Positions 47,738 through 57,931 of a stretch of 64,000 nt of DNA are shown piece after piece. The stretch comes from an uncultured delta proteobacterium (GTDB taxonomy: Bacteria > Myxococcota_A > Polyangia > Polyangiales > Polyangiaceae): positions 320,001 to 384,000 of the forward strand of contig CAVOKF010000007.1 in the NCBI GenBank assembly GCA_963696385.1, read 5' to 3'. The notes under the pieces are model-generated. The model was given only the letters and a program-made list of their open reading frames with translations. It did not search any database and was not told the origin of the DNA. Position numbers and translations under genes: made by a program. Positions within the stretch are counted from its first letter, which is position 1. Every line of letters starts with the position of its first letter.

Positions 47738-47816
47738 GATCCGCCTCCGAAGATGGATGAAGGTGCCACGCTCCCGTCGAAGCGACCACAGCCGATGCGT
47801 ATTGCGACTACAGTGA

Positions 47817-47869
47817 AATTATGCACGTAATTACAGTGCCAGTGTAGGCCCCGGAAGACTCGTGGTCAA
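47817..47869 (-). promoter_or_regulatory. Sigma-70-type promoter upstream of gltF with a downstream palindrome
   Basis: Minus strand TTGACC(47869-47864)-17bp-TACACT(47846-47841). Near-palindrome AATTATGCACGTAATT at 47817-47832. Confidence 0.6.
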
Positions 47870-48060
47870 TTCGATTTGCGTCTCGGCGCCTTCGGTCGGA
47901 CGCATCAGAAGGACATCCGAGACGCCGGTTGGGTTCCCGCTTTCCTGTGACGGCTTGCACCGCGATCGCGAGCGGGGCTCGACGCGGGCCATGCCGGAGG
48001 GCGCGTGCAAGAGGCACGTGGACCGAGGCTGACCGACGCATCCAGCAAACAAGCACGTCG

Positions 48061-49671
48061 TCACTTGCTCGGCGCGGCGTGGGGCGCGGGCTTGGTCGTG
48101 GAAGATGCGGCAGCCGGCGGGGCCGCCGAAGACGCGGGCGGCGCTGCGGACGAAGACGCGGGGGGTGCTGCGCTCGGAGCGGCGCCGCTCGTCGCCGGTG
48201 CGGCACCCGTGTCCGCTGCGCCGGCGGGCGGCGTAGGTGCGGGCGTGGCCGCTGGGTTGCTCGGCCCCCCGGCCTGCAAGAACGTGACGGTGTCGTCGAT
48301 GTCTTGCATGCGCTCTTTGCTCTTCTTCACGGCGCCGTCGTATTCGGGCTTGCCCGAGGCCTTTTCGATGAACGTCTGGAAAATCTGCTTGGCCTGCTGG
48401 TAGACCGCGACGGCTTTCTCGGTGCCGCCGGTACCGCCCGCGCTCTTGGCCTTGTACTCCTGGGTGAGGATGCCCTCGTTGAAGTACGCGTCGGGGCGCG
48501 CCCCATCGATCTTTTTGCAGGAGTCGAGCTCAGACTGCACCCCTGCGACCTGCTTGTCGTAGTTGCTGTCGTCGATCTGGCCTCGGAGCGCGAGAGCGAG
48601 CCCGAGATGCGCGTCGTAATCGTTCGGGTGCATTTCGAGCGCCTTGCGGTAGGCGGCTTCCGCCTTGTCGAACCCGCGAAAGCTCAAATTGATCGCCGCC
48701 AGGTTCATCTGCGCTTCGAAGAAGTGCGGGTCGAGCGAGGCCGCCGCCGAAAACTCCTTCACGGCGGTGTTGACGTTGCCGAGCTCGTTCAGAATGAGAC
48801 CCGACGTATTGTGGATCGGCGCGTAGTTTTGGGTTTTGCGCACGGCCTGCGAGCAGACGAGCGCCGCGAGCTCCAGCTGCTGCACGTCGCCCCGCTTGGC
48901 CATGGCCGCATTGGTCGCAATCGTACGGCCGAACCGCTTGCCGCCGGCCGAAGCTTTCTTTTTCGCACTTCCGAAGTAGTAGAGGGCGAGCTGATTGAAT
49001 GCGGGCATGTACCCGTCGTCGATGGCGAGCGCTCGCTGGAGGTTCAGCTTCGCGCACTCGAAGTCGGCGAGGTCGACGTCCTTGCCCGCCGCCTTGGCGT
49101 GGCAGTTGGCGCCGACCTGATCGGTGTCACGCTGCATCTGAAACATCGCGAGGTCCACGAGCGCCGGAACGTTCTGGAAGTTCGCGTCGTTCACCGCCTG
49201 CTCGAGCGCGCTGATGGCCGCGTCCACGTTGCCGTCGCTCTTATACTGGTAGAGTGCGAGCTGCGCGCGCGCGTAATGGAACTTGGGCTCGTCTTCGAGG
49301 GCTCGCTGAAAGTGCGCCTTGGCTTCCTTGTCGTTGCCGCAACGCTGGTACGCCAGACCGGCGTCGTACGTCGCCTCGGGGAACTTGCTCGAAGTCTGGG
49401 CCGACGCCGCTTCTTCGAACAACTTGGCGGATTCGGCACACGAAGCGTCCGTCCAGTCGTTCGCCTTGTCGTGGCCGTTGAAGGCATCGAGCGCGGAACT
49501 GAACCGGTCGCGCGCCGCCACGTCGACTTTGACCGTAACGCCCGGGCTGGCGGCGGCCGCGGTCGTCCCTACGCCGGCCGTCTTGGCCTCGGGAGGCGCG
49601 CCGCCCCCGCAGCCGATGCCCACGGCCGCCGCGAATCCCGCGAGCGCCCACACACACGAGCAATTCTTCAT
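48061..49671 (-). CDS. gltE: TPR lipoprotein GltE/AglT-like
   Basis: Lipobox VGIGC, TPR repeats (IHNTSGLI, EAQMNLAAINLSFRGF, AYFNEGIL) and a Pro/Ala tail; located between gltD and gltF. Confidence 0.8.
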   Translation of the reverse strand: MKNCSCVWALAGFAAAVGIGCGGGAPPEAKTAGVGTTAAAASPGVTVKVDVAARDRFSSALDAFNGHDKANDWTDASCAESAKLFEEAASAQTSSKFPEATYDAGLAYQRCGNDKEAKAHFQRALEDEPKFHYARAQLALYQYKSDGNVDAAISALEQAVNDANFQNVPALVDLAMFQMQRDTDQVGANCHAKAAGKDVDLADFECAKLNLQRALAIDDGYMPAFNQLALYYFGSAKKKASAGGKRFGRTIATNAAMAKRGDVQQLELAALVCSQAVRKTQNYAPIHNTSGLILNELGNVNTAVKEFSAAASLDPHFFEAQMNLAAINLSFRGFDKAEAAYRKALEMHPNDYDAHLGLALALRGQIDDSNYDKQVAGVQSELDSCKKIDGARPDAYFNEGILTQEYKAKSAGGTGGTEKAVAVYQQAKQIFQTFIEKASGKPEYDGAVKKSKERMQDIDDTVTFLQAGGPSNPAATPAPTPPAGAADTGAAPATSGAAPSAAPPASSSAAPPASSAAPPAAASSTTKPAPHAAPSK

Positions 49672-49706
49672 GGCTTTCACCGCGGTCTGCGGCCCGAGCG
49701 GGCCGG

Positions 49707-52700
49707 TCACTTCTTCCTCTTGCCGGCGGGCTTGCCGCCCCCGGCGGGCTTGCCGCCCCCGGCGGGCTTCTTCTTGGCGGGTTCTTCGTTGCTGCCGCCG
49801 GAGTCGCCCAGAACCTCGGCCTTTTCCGTCGCACGGCCGTGCTCGACGGGGTGCCACAGCATCCCGCCGAGGATGAGCGGAGGCGGCCGATCGTCGAGGC
49901 CCCCGTTCGACAGCGTGGGGGCACCGCGCAGCTCGTCGACGACGTGGTATTCGGCCTTGTAGTTCTTCGCGAGCCACTTTTCGCAGTCGCGCGAATACTC
50001 GTCGAAGTACTGGTACTTCACCGAGTCGTCGAGGCACCGCTTGAGCGCCGGCTTCGCTTGGTGGTCCTTCACGGGCTGCGAGGCCTCGTCGAGATGCTGG
50101 AAGTACGTGCCGCGGATTTCGGGATCCTTGGCCCACTCCTTGGGGATCGGCGCTGCACGGAACTCGTCGACGAACGTGCCCCACATGAGCCCGGCGCGGG
50201 AAGCGGCCGCGATGACCCAGCGCGGCGGCGGCACGGGCTCAAGATTGGTGATCTTTTGATAGTCCTTGTCGACTTCTTCGATCGCGGCCTGCTTCTTCTG
50301 GACCCAAGGTTTTACCTTCTTGTCCATGTACTTCAGAATGTCTTCCTTGGTCGCGGGCCCCTTGTACGCAGGGAACGGCACGGAGTCGACCTTGGCCTTC
50401 TTGCTTTCCTCCGCCGAAAAGAACATGGCCTCGCCGACGGCATCGAGCGCCTTGCCCAATCGGTGGGCACGTTGGTCCTCGCCCTCGTTCTTGTACGCCT
50501 CGGCAATCTTGGTCTGAGCCGCGCTGCCGTCTCCCCAGAGCTTGCGAACTCGGTCGTATTCGAGCTTGCCCGGAGCTTGCGCCTTGAGGTGCGTCATGGC
50601 GCGCGCGAGGGTCGCATGGGCCTGGACTTGGATGTCGGGCGGTGCCTTGTCGAGCGTCGCCATGGCCCCTTGAAGGGCTTTGCGGGCGCCCTCCCAGTCT
50701 TCCTTGTCGGCGTAGTGGGCACCGATGGCAAACGCGATCTGCGCGGTCTCGACCGCGTTCGAGTTGCCGTAGTCCTTCTGGTACTCCTTGACGTCCGCGA
50801 CAGCCTGGTCCTCTTCACCCAGCCCCAGGCGAAGCACGACCGCGTCGGAGAGCGCCTTGTCCGCTTCCTTGCGCTTGGGATTTTCCTTGGCATAGCGCTC
50901 GTACCAGTCGGAGGCCTGGTCGTAGACCGCGATGGCCTGCCAGTTGCCGCCGATCTTGTACATCGCGTCCTTCGCGAGCTCTCCCTTGTCCATGCGGTAT
51001 TGGGGGTTGAGCAGCACCATGCGGGCACGAATCGCGCTCGCGACGAGGTGACCGGCCTGGAACGCCCGCGCCGCGTTTTCGACGATCTCGTCGAGCTTGT
51101 CGCACTGCGGCTGCTGGTTGTTGCGGAGCGGGGTCGCTCCGTACTTCTCCCAGAGATCGAAGTACGCTTTGCCCCCCTTCTCGAAGAGCTCGAGTGAATT
51201 GTTGCCGCCCTTGTCGGCTTCTTCCACGATGCGTTGGGCCCGCAAGCGCGAGATGTCGCACTGCACCTTGGTGAGCAGCGTGCAGGTGTCGTCGTTTTTC
51301 TGCGCTTTGTCGCCCGCGCAGAACATGTCGAGAAACTTCGGAACGTCGGTGATCATCTCGTCGAGGCACGAGGTCCGGTTGGGCAGGCCGTGGAACGTCA
51401 AGACGTTCACGCTCTCGAGGTAGAGCTGCGCCGCGTAGACCGCTGAATCGTTCTCGGTGTTGTCGTAGGCGATTTCTTTGAAGCAGGCCGCGGCCTCTTC
51501 CCAGTGCTGGGCCTCGAAATAGAGGCGGCAGCGGGCGTACTTCACCTCGACGAGTTGCTTCTGACCGTCCGCGTCTTTCGCGTCCGGGTGAATGTAACAA
51601 ACGTAGCGATTGAACGACTGGACCATCGACCGTTGGGCTTCGGTCATCTCTTTGGGCCGGTATTTGTCGTCCGAGTCCGCTTTGATGTCCTTGCCGACGC
51701 CGGGCAGGTTGCCGCTGCCCTTGCGGTCGGAGCCTTTGGCGTGCTGGGCGAGATAGATGTTCTGGTAGCAAAGGACCGCGGCGTATGCGGCCTCCGCCGC
51801 CTGGGGTCCCTTCGGGTCCGATTGCACGACCGAGTCGAAGGCCGGACCGCACTCGGCCCACTTCTCGCGGAAGTAGAGGAGGTCGGCCATGTTGTACTTA
51901 ATCTTGTAGATGGTCGGCCAGTCTTCCTTGACCAGGCGCGGGAACTCGAACTTCGAAAACTGGTCCTCGTTCCAGGCTTCGGACACTTTTTTGTAGAGCA
52001 GCGCCGCCAGGTCCATCGTCTTCGCGTCGCCCGTGCCGCGCTGGCCTTGCGAGCCAACCGCCTCGAGGTGCCACGCCATGGCCGTCTCGGTCGCGAGCGA
52101 CGCGGTCCGATTGGCGCACTTGTCTTTGGCCTCCTGGGAGTGGTTGTCCTTCATGAAGTTGCCGTAGCGCTTGAACTGATTGTTCAACTCGCTGACGATG
52201 GCCGGCTTGTCGCCCGATCTCATCGCCATCACGGCTTCGCTGATGTGCGACTGGTATTCGCAGCTTCGATCGCCGCCGCCGTCGCGCACGAGCAGATCTT
52301 TGTAGAGCGCGACCGCCTCGGGATAGTGACCCGTGTCCAGGTAATTCTGGCCGAGGTCGTTCATCATCTTGAGCGTCTTGTCGGTCTGGCCAGCCGGATC
52401 ACCGCTCAGGTTTTTGAAGAAGTTGTAGGCATCCGTCGGGCTACCCGCGAGCGCGTACACGGGGATCACGTCCTTGCGGGACGCCTCTGCGAGCTTCTTT
52501 GCATTCGGGAGCTGCGTGAATTGCGTACCGAAGTCGATCGTTTTCTTGAACGCGTCGAGAGCGTGCGGCAAATCGCCCTGGTTCCAGAAGACGTACGCGA
52601 GCTTGTACCAGGCGTAGCCGTAGACCTTGTTCTCGGGCGGCGGCTTGGAGATGACCTTCTGATACGCCTGCTTGGCCGGCTCCCATTTGCTCGGGTCGCT

Positions 52701-53555
52701 CAGCGCCTCGTTGAAAAAGAGCTCGCCGAACGCGAGGTAGGCGTTCGAAATGTACTTCGAGTTGGGGGTCTTGGTGATGAGATCGAGGTAGACGCGACGC
52801 GCGTTCGCCGTGTCCCCAGCCTGCTCGTACTCGTACGCGAGATAATAATAGACCTCGTCGAGGAACGGGTAAGCGGGCGGTGGATTCTGCGGGAACGTGG
52901 TCGACGGCTGGCCCGAATAGTCGGTCACGAGCGTCGTGTAGTATTTGACCGCCGCTTTGCGCGACAGATTCATGGTCTTCGCGCGGGAGTTGGCGATCGA
53001 CTGCTGTTGGCCCGCCATGCGTGGATTGCTTTTGCTGAGCTCGTCCCTGCGGACCTCCGCCTGCGTTTTTTCGGTGAAGGCGGCATTCTCGAGCTCGACG
53101 TAGTCCTCCGCGAGACGCCGCAGAAGCATCGGTCGATCTTTCGAGTGGGGCTGCGTGTCGTGGTAGAGCCCCTCGAGACCCTGAATTTCGGTCACCAGCA
53201 GCGCGAGGGCGCGCTGATGCAGCGCCGTCTGCCGCGCATCGCGAATGCCCGCAAGCATCTGGAAGTCGGCGGAGCCGACCCCGATCTTCTTGTCGCCCTT
53301 CTTCAGCTCCTCCACCTTGGAGTGGAAGGACATGGTCGGCTTGTTGTCATGGCCCGACGGGTTGAGCGTCGGACCGGCCGGACACGTCTCGAGGTCCTGT
53401 TTGGCCTTCTCGGGCACGCAGGCCGGCCCCGAACGAGCGGTCGACGATCCGGACGACGAGGAGTCCGACGACGACGTGTCGGCTGCCCGCGCGACGGTCG
53501 CGCTGGCGATGACCCCCGTGATGACGACGACCCAAAGCGGTAAAGCGCGATTCAT
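49707..53555 (-). CDS. gltD: Periplasmic TPR protein GltD/AgmU-like
   Basis: Signal peptide, about 1280 aa of TPRs, AYLAFGELFF, YAWYKLAYVFWN, and C-terminal W.IAA..RAG...F...FR.APIP. Confidence 0.82.
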   Translation of the reverse strand: MNRALPLWVVVITGVIASATVARAADTSSSDSSSSGSSTARSGPACVPEKAKQDLETCPAGPTLNPSGHDNKPTMSFHSKVEELKKGDKKIGVGSADFQMLAGIRDARQTALHQRALALLVTEIQGLEGLYHDTQPHSKDRPMLLRRLAEDYVELENAAFTEKTQAEVRRDELSKSNPRMAGQQQSIANSRAKTMNLSRKAAVKYYTTLVTDYSGQPSTTFPQNPPPAYPFLDEVYYYLAYEYEQAGDTANARRVYLDLITKTPNSKYISNAYLAFGELFFNEALSDPSKWEPAKQAYQKVISKPPPENKVYGYAWYKLAYVFWNQGDLPHALDAFKKTIDFGTQFTQLPNAKKLAEASRKDVIPVYALAGSPTDAYNFFKNLSGDPAGQTDKTLKMMNDLGQNYLDTGHYPEAVALYKDLLVRDGGGDRSCEYQSHISEAVMAMRSGDKPAIVSELNNQFKRYGNFMKDNHSQEAKDKCANRTASLATETAMAWHLEAVGSQGQRGTGDAKTMDLAALLYKKVSEAWNEDQFSKFEFPRLVKEDWPTIYKIKYNMADLLYFREKWAECGPAFDSVVQSDPKGPQAAEAAYAAVLCYQNIYLAQHAKGSDRKGSGNLPGVGKDIKADSDDKYRPKEMTEAQRSMVQSFNRYVCYIHPDAKDADGQKQLVEVKYARCRLYFEAQHWEEAAACFKEIAYDNTENDSAVYAAQLYLESVNVLTFHGLPNRTSCLDEMITDVPKFLDMFCAGDKAQKNDDTCTLLTKVQCDISRLRAQRIVEEADKGGNNSLELFEKGGKAYFDLWEKYGATPLRNNQQPQCDKLDEIVENAARAFQAGHLVASAIRARMVLLNPQYRMDKGELAKDAMYKIGGNWQAIAVYDQASDWYERYAKENPKRKEADKALSDAVVLRLGLGEEDQAVADVKEYQKDYGNSNAVETAQIAFAIGAHYADKEDWEGARKALQGAMATLDKAPPDIQVQAHATLARAMTHLKAQAPGKLEYDRVRKLWGDGSAAQTKIAEAYKNEGEDQRAHRLGKALDAVGEAMFFSAEESKKAKVDSVPFPAYKGPATKEDILKYMDKKVKPWVQKKQAAIEEVDKDYQKITNLEPVPPPRWVIAAASRAGLMWGTFVDEFRAAPIPKEWAKDPEIRGTYFQHLDEASQPVKDHQAKPALKRCLDDSVKYQYFDEYSRDCEKWLAKNYKAEYHVVDELRGAPTLSNGGLDDRPPPLILGGMLWHPVEHGRATEKAEVLGDSGGSNEEPAKKKPAGGGKPAGGGKPAGKRKK

Positions 53556-53557
53556 CG

Positions 53558-55303
53558 TTACCTCGTGCACTTCGACGTGATCGTCTGGCGGTAGAACCCG
53601 AGCTCGTCGCGCCAGTACTCGCCGTTGAACGGCCAGATGACGTGCTCGTCGTCGGGCTTGACGATGTTGGCCTTCGACTCTTCAGCGCTCGTGAGCGCAT
53701 TCTGCATCAGTTGGTCGAGCTGATTACGTTGCGCCGCGGTGATGTCAATCAAGATCTTCTGGCCATTTCGCAGCTGCTCGTTCAAGTCGTCGAGGTTGCG
53801 CTGGTAACGGCCCATCGCAAGCTCGCCGGTGTTGCGCACGGCGAGCGCCCGGGCGTCGTGGATCGAGTCCTGGACGAGGTCGCCGACCTTGGCTTGCTTG
53901 AAGTGGCCCGGCGCCTTCTTGAACCGGCTCTCCTCTTCGTCGAGCAGCCGCACGTATTCCAGGTTTCTTAGGAGCTGCCGATCGGAAAGGGCGGTCTTCA
54001 CGACCGGTGCCACCTTCGGGTCGAGCTGCGCCCGGTCGTCGCGCACGTCTCGCAGAAACTTGTAGAAGGCTTCTTCCTGATTCGAGCCCTTCTTGAACCG
54101 GTTCAAGGTCTTGGTCAGCTCTTCGCGGATGGGTTGAAACTGGCCGCGAAATCTCGCGACGATCGTGAGAGCGTCGTCGTACTGGCAGTTCGAGAAATAG
54201 ATGACCGCCTTGAGGACGTCCGCCTCGGGATAGTAGGCGTGCGGAAAGTACGGCGCCTGGATCGTGTGGATGTTGCCGAGCGCGTGGCTGTAGTCGCCCG
54301 CCATGAAGTAGGCCCACGACTCTTCGAACAGCGCGTCCAGCCAGTACTCGCTGGTGACGTCGACCTTGTTCCAGTACTTGACGGCCGCGCTCAATCGCGT
54401 CTGATCGACCGTCGGCTGGTTCGTGTTCTCGTCGACCTTGATGCTCGCCGAATAGAACGTGCGAGCCATGGACAAATACGCCAGATCGCGGAAGCGCGCC
54501 TCGTCCTCGGACGGGACGTCGCCTTCCTCGATGGCCCCGAGAATGCGCTGGAACGACTGCACCGCAGGACTGCTCCGTCGCATCTGCACGTTGGTGATGC
54601 CGGAGAAGAACTGCGCCTGAACGTAGTACTTGCTCTTTCGATTGACCTTGTCGAAGAGCTCGAGCGCCTCGGGATATTTGCCGTTACGGTATCTGTACCG
54701 CCCAAGCAGATAGTTGAGCTGCCAATACAGCTCGCGCTGCTCGTCGTTGTTGAATTTGGCAACGTGTTCCTCGCTGTACTTGCCGACCCGCTCGATGATG
54801 TCGGCCGGCTCCGGCAGGTCCGTGGCGAGCTTGGCCACCCAGAGGAGCGTCTCGCCGTACTTGAGGTGATTCGGGTTGTCCGCGATCTCGCTGAAAATGG
54901 AGTACGCGGCTTGGTAGAAGCGCAGCTTGTACAGAGACTTCGCCAGGCCGAACTGCGCGATTTGTTTATTGCCCTCGTCGTCGCCGGTTTCGCCGATCGA
55001 GACGCGATAAAACGATTGGGCCGCGTCCCAGTATTTCTCAGTCTCGTAAAATTTTTTCGCCTGAGCGGCAACGTCGCTGCCGGCCCCCGCCGCGGCCGCG
55101 GCCGCGCCATGGCTGCCGCCCGATTTGCGGGGCGCTGGTTTCGCCACCGGCTGGTCGGCATCCATGTCGACCGGCGCCTGCTGGGCGACCGCCGCGCTTT
55201 TCGGCTTGCGCTGGGCATGCGCCGAGGTGGCCGTCACGGTCATTGCGGCGCCCAAGGCCCCGACCCAAACACCACGCATCACGAGTCTACCCATCGTCGT
55301 CAC
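53558..55303 (-). CDS. gltC: Periplasmic TPR protein GltC-like
   Basis: GAGGA RBS before GTG 55303, signal peptide, ALFEESWAYF, ALGNIHTI..PYF...YYPEA and C-terminal WPFNGEYWRDELGFY. Confidence 0.82.
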   Translation of the reverse strand: MTTMGRLVMRGVWVGALGAAMTVTATSAHAQRKPKSAAVAQQAPVDMDADQPVAKPAPRKSGGSHGAAAAAAGAGSDVAAQAKKFYETEKYWDAAQSFYRVSIGETGDDEGNKQIAQFGLAKSLYKLRFYQAAYSIFSEIADNPNHLKYGETLLWVAKLATDLPEPADIIERVGKYSEEHVAKFNNDEQRELYWQLNYLLGRYRYRNGKYPEALELFDKVNRKSKYYVQAQFFSGITNVQMRRSSPAVQSFQRILGAIEEGDVPSEDEARFRDLAYLSMARTFYSASIKVDENTNQPTVDQTRLSAAVKYWNKVDVTSEYWLDALFEESWAYFMAGDYSHALGNIHTIQAPYFPHAYYPEADVLKAVIYFSNCQYDDALTIVARFRGQFQPIREELTKTLNRFKKGSNQEEAFYKFLRDVRDDRAQLDPKVAPVVKTALSDRQLLRNLEYVRLLDEEESRFKKAPGHFKQAKVGDLVQDSIHDARALAVRNTGELAMGRYQRNLDDLNEQLRNGQKILIDITAAQRNQLDQLMQNALTSAEESKANIVKPDDEHVIWPFNGEYWRDELGFYRQTITSKCTR

Positions 55304-55521
55304 TTATTCCTCACTCGATCGTCGAAGGCGATCGAACCGTGGCTTGGAAAATAAACGTCCGGTCGTCCGCGCCATTGTCGCGTCCATGCACACACCCACG
55401 GTCTCGTGGCGTCGAACCGTACGAATGGTCAGCCGAAGCAGCTCGGGGCCTCGCGGAACGTCGCGCCGGTAGCTCGCAAAAACTCAACGATGTTCATAAG
55501 ATAGTCCGTCGAGCGCGGGTG

Positions 55522-55551
55522 ATGGTAAGGACCGGGATTCACGCTTGTCAA
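55522..55551 (-). promoter_or_regulatory. Sigma-70-type promoter for the gltC operon
   Basis: Minus strand TTGACA(55551-55546)-18bp-TACCAT(55527-55522). Confidence 0.55.
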
Positions 55552-55920
55552 GGCGAAAAGCCGGTAGGACCGCGTGCGTCTCCGATCGGCCGCAAGCGCG
55601 GTCCCGTCGGGGGCGAGCGGCAGCGTAATTCGAAAGCAGCAACGTTTTTGTCCACGTGTCGTGGGGTGCGAGGTGCGGCGACAGCGAGAGGCTCTGGGGC
55701 CACGAGGGGATCGGGCGGACGACACCGGTTGCCATGGGTATTTGCCCCGGGTGCGGAAGCTGGGCCTCGGCAAGACGCCCCGACGTGGGAGGGTGCGTCG
55801 CACATTCTATCGCCCATTCCCACGGCTCGTCGCGACGGAGACCGCTTTGAGAGGTGGACGAGAGGTCGACCCGGAGGCGATGATGGCTTCTTTGGACCGC
55901 CCGATCCAAGGGGAACGTGC

Positions 55921-55950
55921 TTGACGCGTTTCGTGCGGGTCGACTAGCTT
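55921..55950 (+). promoter_or_regulatory. Sigma-70-type promoter for gltK
   Basis: TTGACG-18bp-TAGCTT; AAGGAG RBS upstream of the ATG at 56032. Confidence 0.45.
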
Positions 55951-56031
55951 GCGCACGGCGCGTTTCGCCGCAGCGCCTGGGCGCGCGGTTGCCTTAGTGC
56001 CTCGTGCTCCAATTAAAGGAGAGCCGACACG

Positions 56032-56760
56032 ATGACCCGATCGTTACTCATCGGCCTGACGGCCATCGTGGCCTTGATGGTCTTGTCGGGAACTGGGTGC
56101 CAGTCCACAGGCGTGGGCGATCCGTGCACCCCCGGCCAAGAGTACACGCAGTCGTTTCTGGGCTTCGACGAAGGCGAAGTCAGCGTCGAGGCGCTGAGCT
56201 TTCAGTGCCAAACGCGTCTCTGCCTGGTGAACCATTTTCAGGGCCGCGTGTCCTGCCCGTACGGCCAGAACGCCAACGGCACCCCCATCCCGGGGACGTT
56301 GGCGACCCCCCAATGCAACCAAGGGGGCGGCAGCGGGGGCGCCTGTTGTGCGGGCATCGACGTGCCGGTGACCGGCACCGCGGACGGACTGGGGGGCCCG
56401 ATGTCGGTCTCGCCTGCGCCGAGCGCCGGCGACACGTACGTCAATTCCGACGAAATGGCCACCGTTCCACCGCAGTGCACCAACCGGTTGGCCGCCGATG
56501 CGGTCTATTGCTCGTGCCGGTGTGCCAACGTCAATGGACTGACCAACGACGGATACAACTATTGCACCTGCCCGACGGGCTTCGATTGCACCCAGCTCGT
56601 GAGCTCGATCGGCGGCAACGCCAACCAAGGTCTCACGGGCGCTTATTGCATCAAGAGTGGTACCGCTTACAATCCGGGCGAATCGTGCTCGGCCTGCGAT
56701 CCAGCGAACGCCACCACGTATTGCGGCACCACGCTCCTTCAGGGCGCCACGCAGAAATGA
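56032..56760 (+). CDS. gltK: Cys-rich gliding lipoprotein CglC/GltK-like
   Basis: Lipobox (GTGC), VGDPC...SFQCQTRLCL...VYCSCRC...CPTGFDC...YCI; divergent from gltC. Confidence 0.7.
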   Translation: MTRSLLIGLTAIVALMVLSGTGCQSTGVGDPCTPGQEYTQSFLGFDEGEVSVEALSFQCQTRLCLVNHFQGRVSCPYGQNANGTPIPGTLATPQCNQGGGSGGACCAGIDVPVTGTADGLGGPMSVSPAPSAGDTYVNSDEMATVPPQCTNRLAADAVYCSCRCANVNGLTNDGYNYCTCPTGFDCTQLVSSIGGNANQGLTGAYCIKSGTAYNPGESCSACDPANATTYCGTTLLQGATQK

Positions 56761-57122
56761 GCCCGGCCGAGATCGGTTCGAGGGCCGAGCTCGCCGTCGC
56801 CGATCTGCTGTTCGCTCAGGGCTTCGAGCTCTTTGCCCGCAACCTGCGGCTCGGCGCCCTCGAGATCGACGTGGTGGCGATCCGAGAAGGGCTGGTCGTC
56901 ATGACGGAGGTGCGCACGCGGGGGCCGGGCGCTTGGGTGCGCGCGTTCGAAAGTGTGAGTCGGTCGAAGCGGGCGCGCCTCCATCGCGCGGCGGGACGGC
57001 TGTGGAGAACGCGCCTGCGCCAACGAGGCCATTTGAAGCGGGTGCGCATCGACGTGGCCGCCGTGACATTCGCGGGGGCGGCGACGCACGTCGAATACGT
57101 GGAGGGTGCGCTCGGCCGCTGA
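56757..57122 (+). CDS. yraN: YraN (UPF0102) family putative nuclease
   Basis: G..AE.A...L...GF....RN.R....EIDVVA......EVRTR...RIDV; ATGA overlap with gltK. Confidence 0.88.
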   Translation: MSPAEIGSRAELAVADLLFAQGFELFARNLRLGALEIDVVAIREGLVVMTEVRTRGPGAWVRAFESVSRSKRARLHRAAGRLWRTRLRQRGHLKRVRIDVAAVTFAGAATHVEYVEGALGR

Positions 57123-57171
57123 ACGGACGCGTGTCGACCTCCGACGCCCCGGCGTCCGTCGATGTCCGAGC

Positions 57172-57876
57172 TTACTCTCCGAGCGCGCTTTTCATGGCGG
57201 CGCGCACGCGTCCGAGCGCGGCCACGGCTTCATCGCTCTTGCCCGCCTCGAGCGCGGCCAATCCGGCGTCGACATCGCCGAGCTGCTGAGCCTCGCTGCG
57301 TCGCAAGCTCGCAACCATCTCGGTGAAGGCGCCGAAGAAGTCCTGCAGCTCGTCGCCGCGCCGTAACCGAGCATCGACCTGGAGGCTGCCCTCGCCGACC
57401 TGCTTGAGCAGCCGCTTCATCTTGTGGACCGGTCCCGCCACCTTGTGGGTGAAATAGATGCCGAGCATTCCGATCAAGACGACCATGAGCGCGAGCCCAC
57501 CGACGAGCGACGCGATCATGCCGCGCTCGCGCCGAATGAGCGACTCTTGCTGCTCGGCGATCACCCTGTCGTGAGCGTTCGCCTCCCGGTTGAACTCGGT
57601 CAATAGCTCCGGGCTGTCCGAGGCAAAGTCGCGGATGTTCATCCGACTCACTTCGGACACCTTCTTGCTTTCTTCGACGAGCGCGGAGCTCTCGGTGACC
57701 AGGGCGCGCGTCGTCGTGTACAGCACCGACCCCGTGACGCCGCTGATGACGATCACGATCGCGACCAGAAAGCCCGCGTACTTCAGCTGAAAGCGCGAGT
57801 CGATCAGGTAGTTTCGCGCGTAGCGCTTATAGGTCCCGGTCCCAGGTTCCTTCGGCGAGATCGCTTCGGTCGTCAT
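57172..57876 (-). CDS. Two-TM HAMP-domain membrane protein without an output domain
   Basis: RNYLIDSRFQLKY, two TM helices and THKVAGP...LRRGDELQD. Confidence 0.8.
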   Translation of the reverse strand: MTTEAISPKEPGTGTYKRYARNYLIDSRFQLKYAGFLVAIVIVISGVTGSVLYTTTRALVTESSALVEESKKVSEVSRMNIRDFASDSPELLTEFNREANAHDRVIAEQQESLIRRERGMIASLVGGLALMVVLIGMLGIYFTHKVAGPVHKMKRLLKQVGEGSLQVDARLRRGDELQDFFGAFTEMVASLRRSEAQQLGDVDAGLAALEAGKSDEAVAALGRVRAAMKSALGE

Positions 57877-57931
57877 CGATGATCCCTCGTTTTCCCTCGA
57901 TCCCTCGTCGGAACACCCAGACGGGTAACCC

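Noticed and set aside
49722..49768. 18-bp repeats at the end of gltD
   Set aside because: They simply encode a low-complexity KPAGGG tail; no sign of a separate element.
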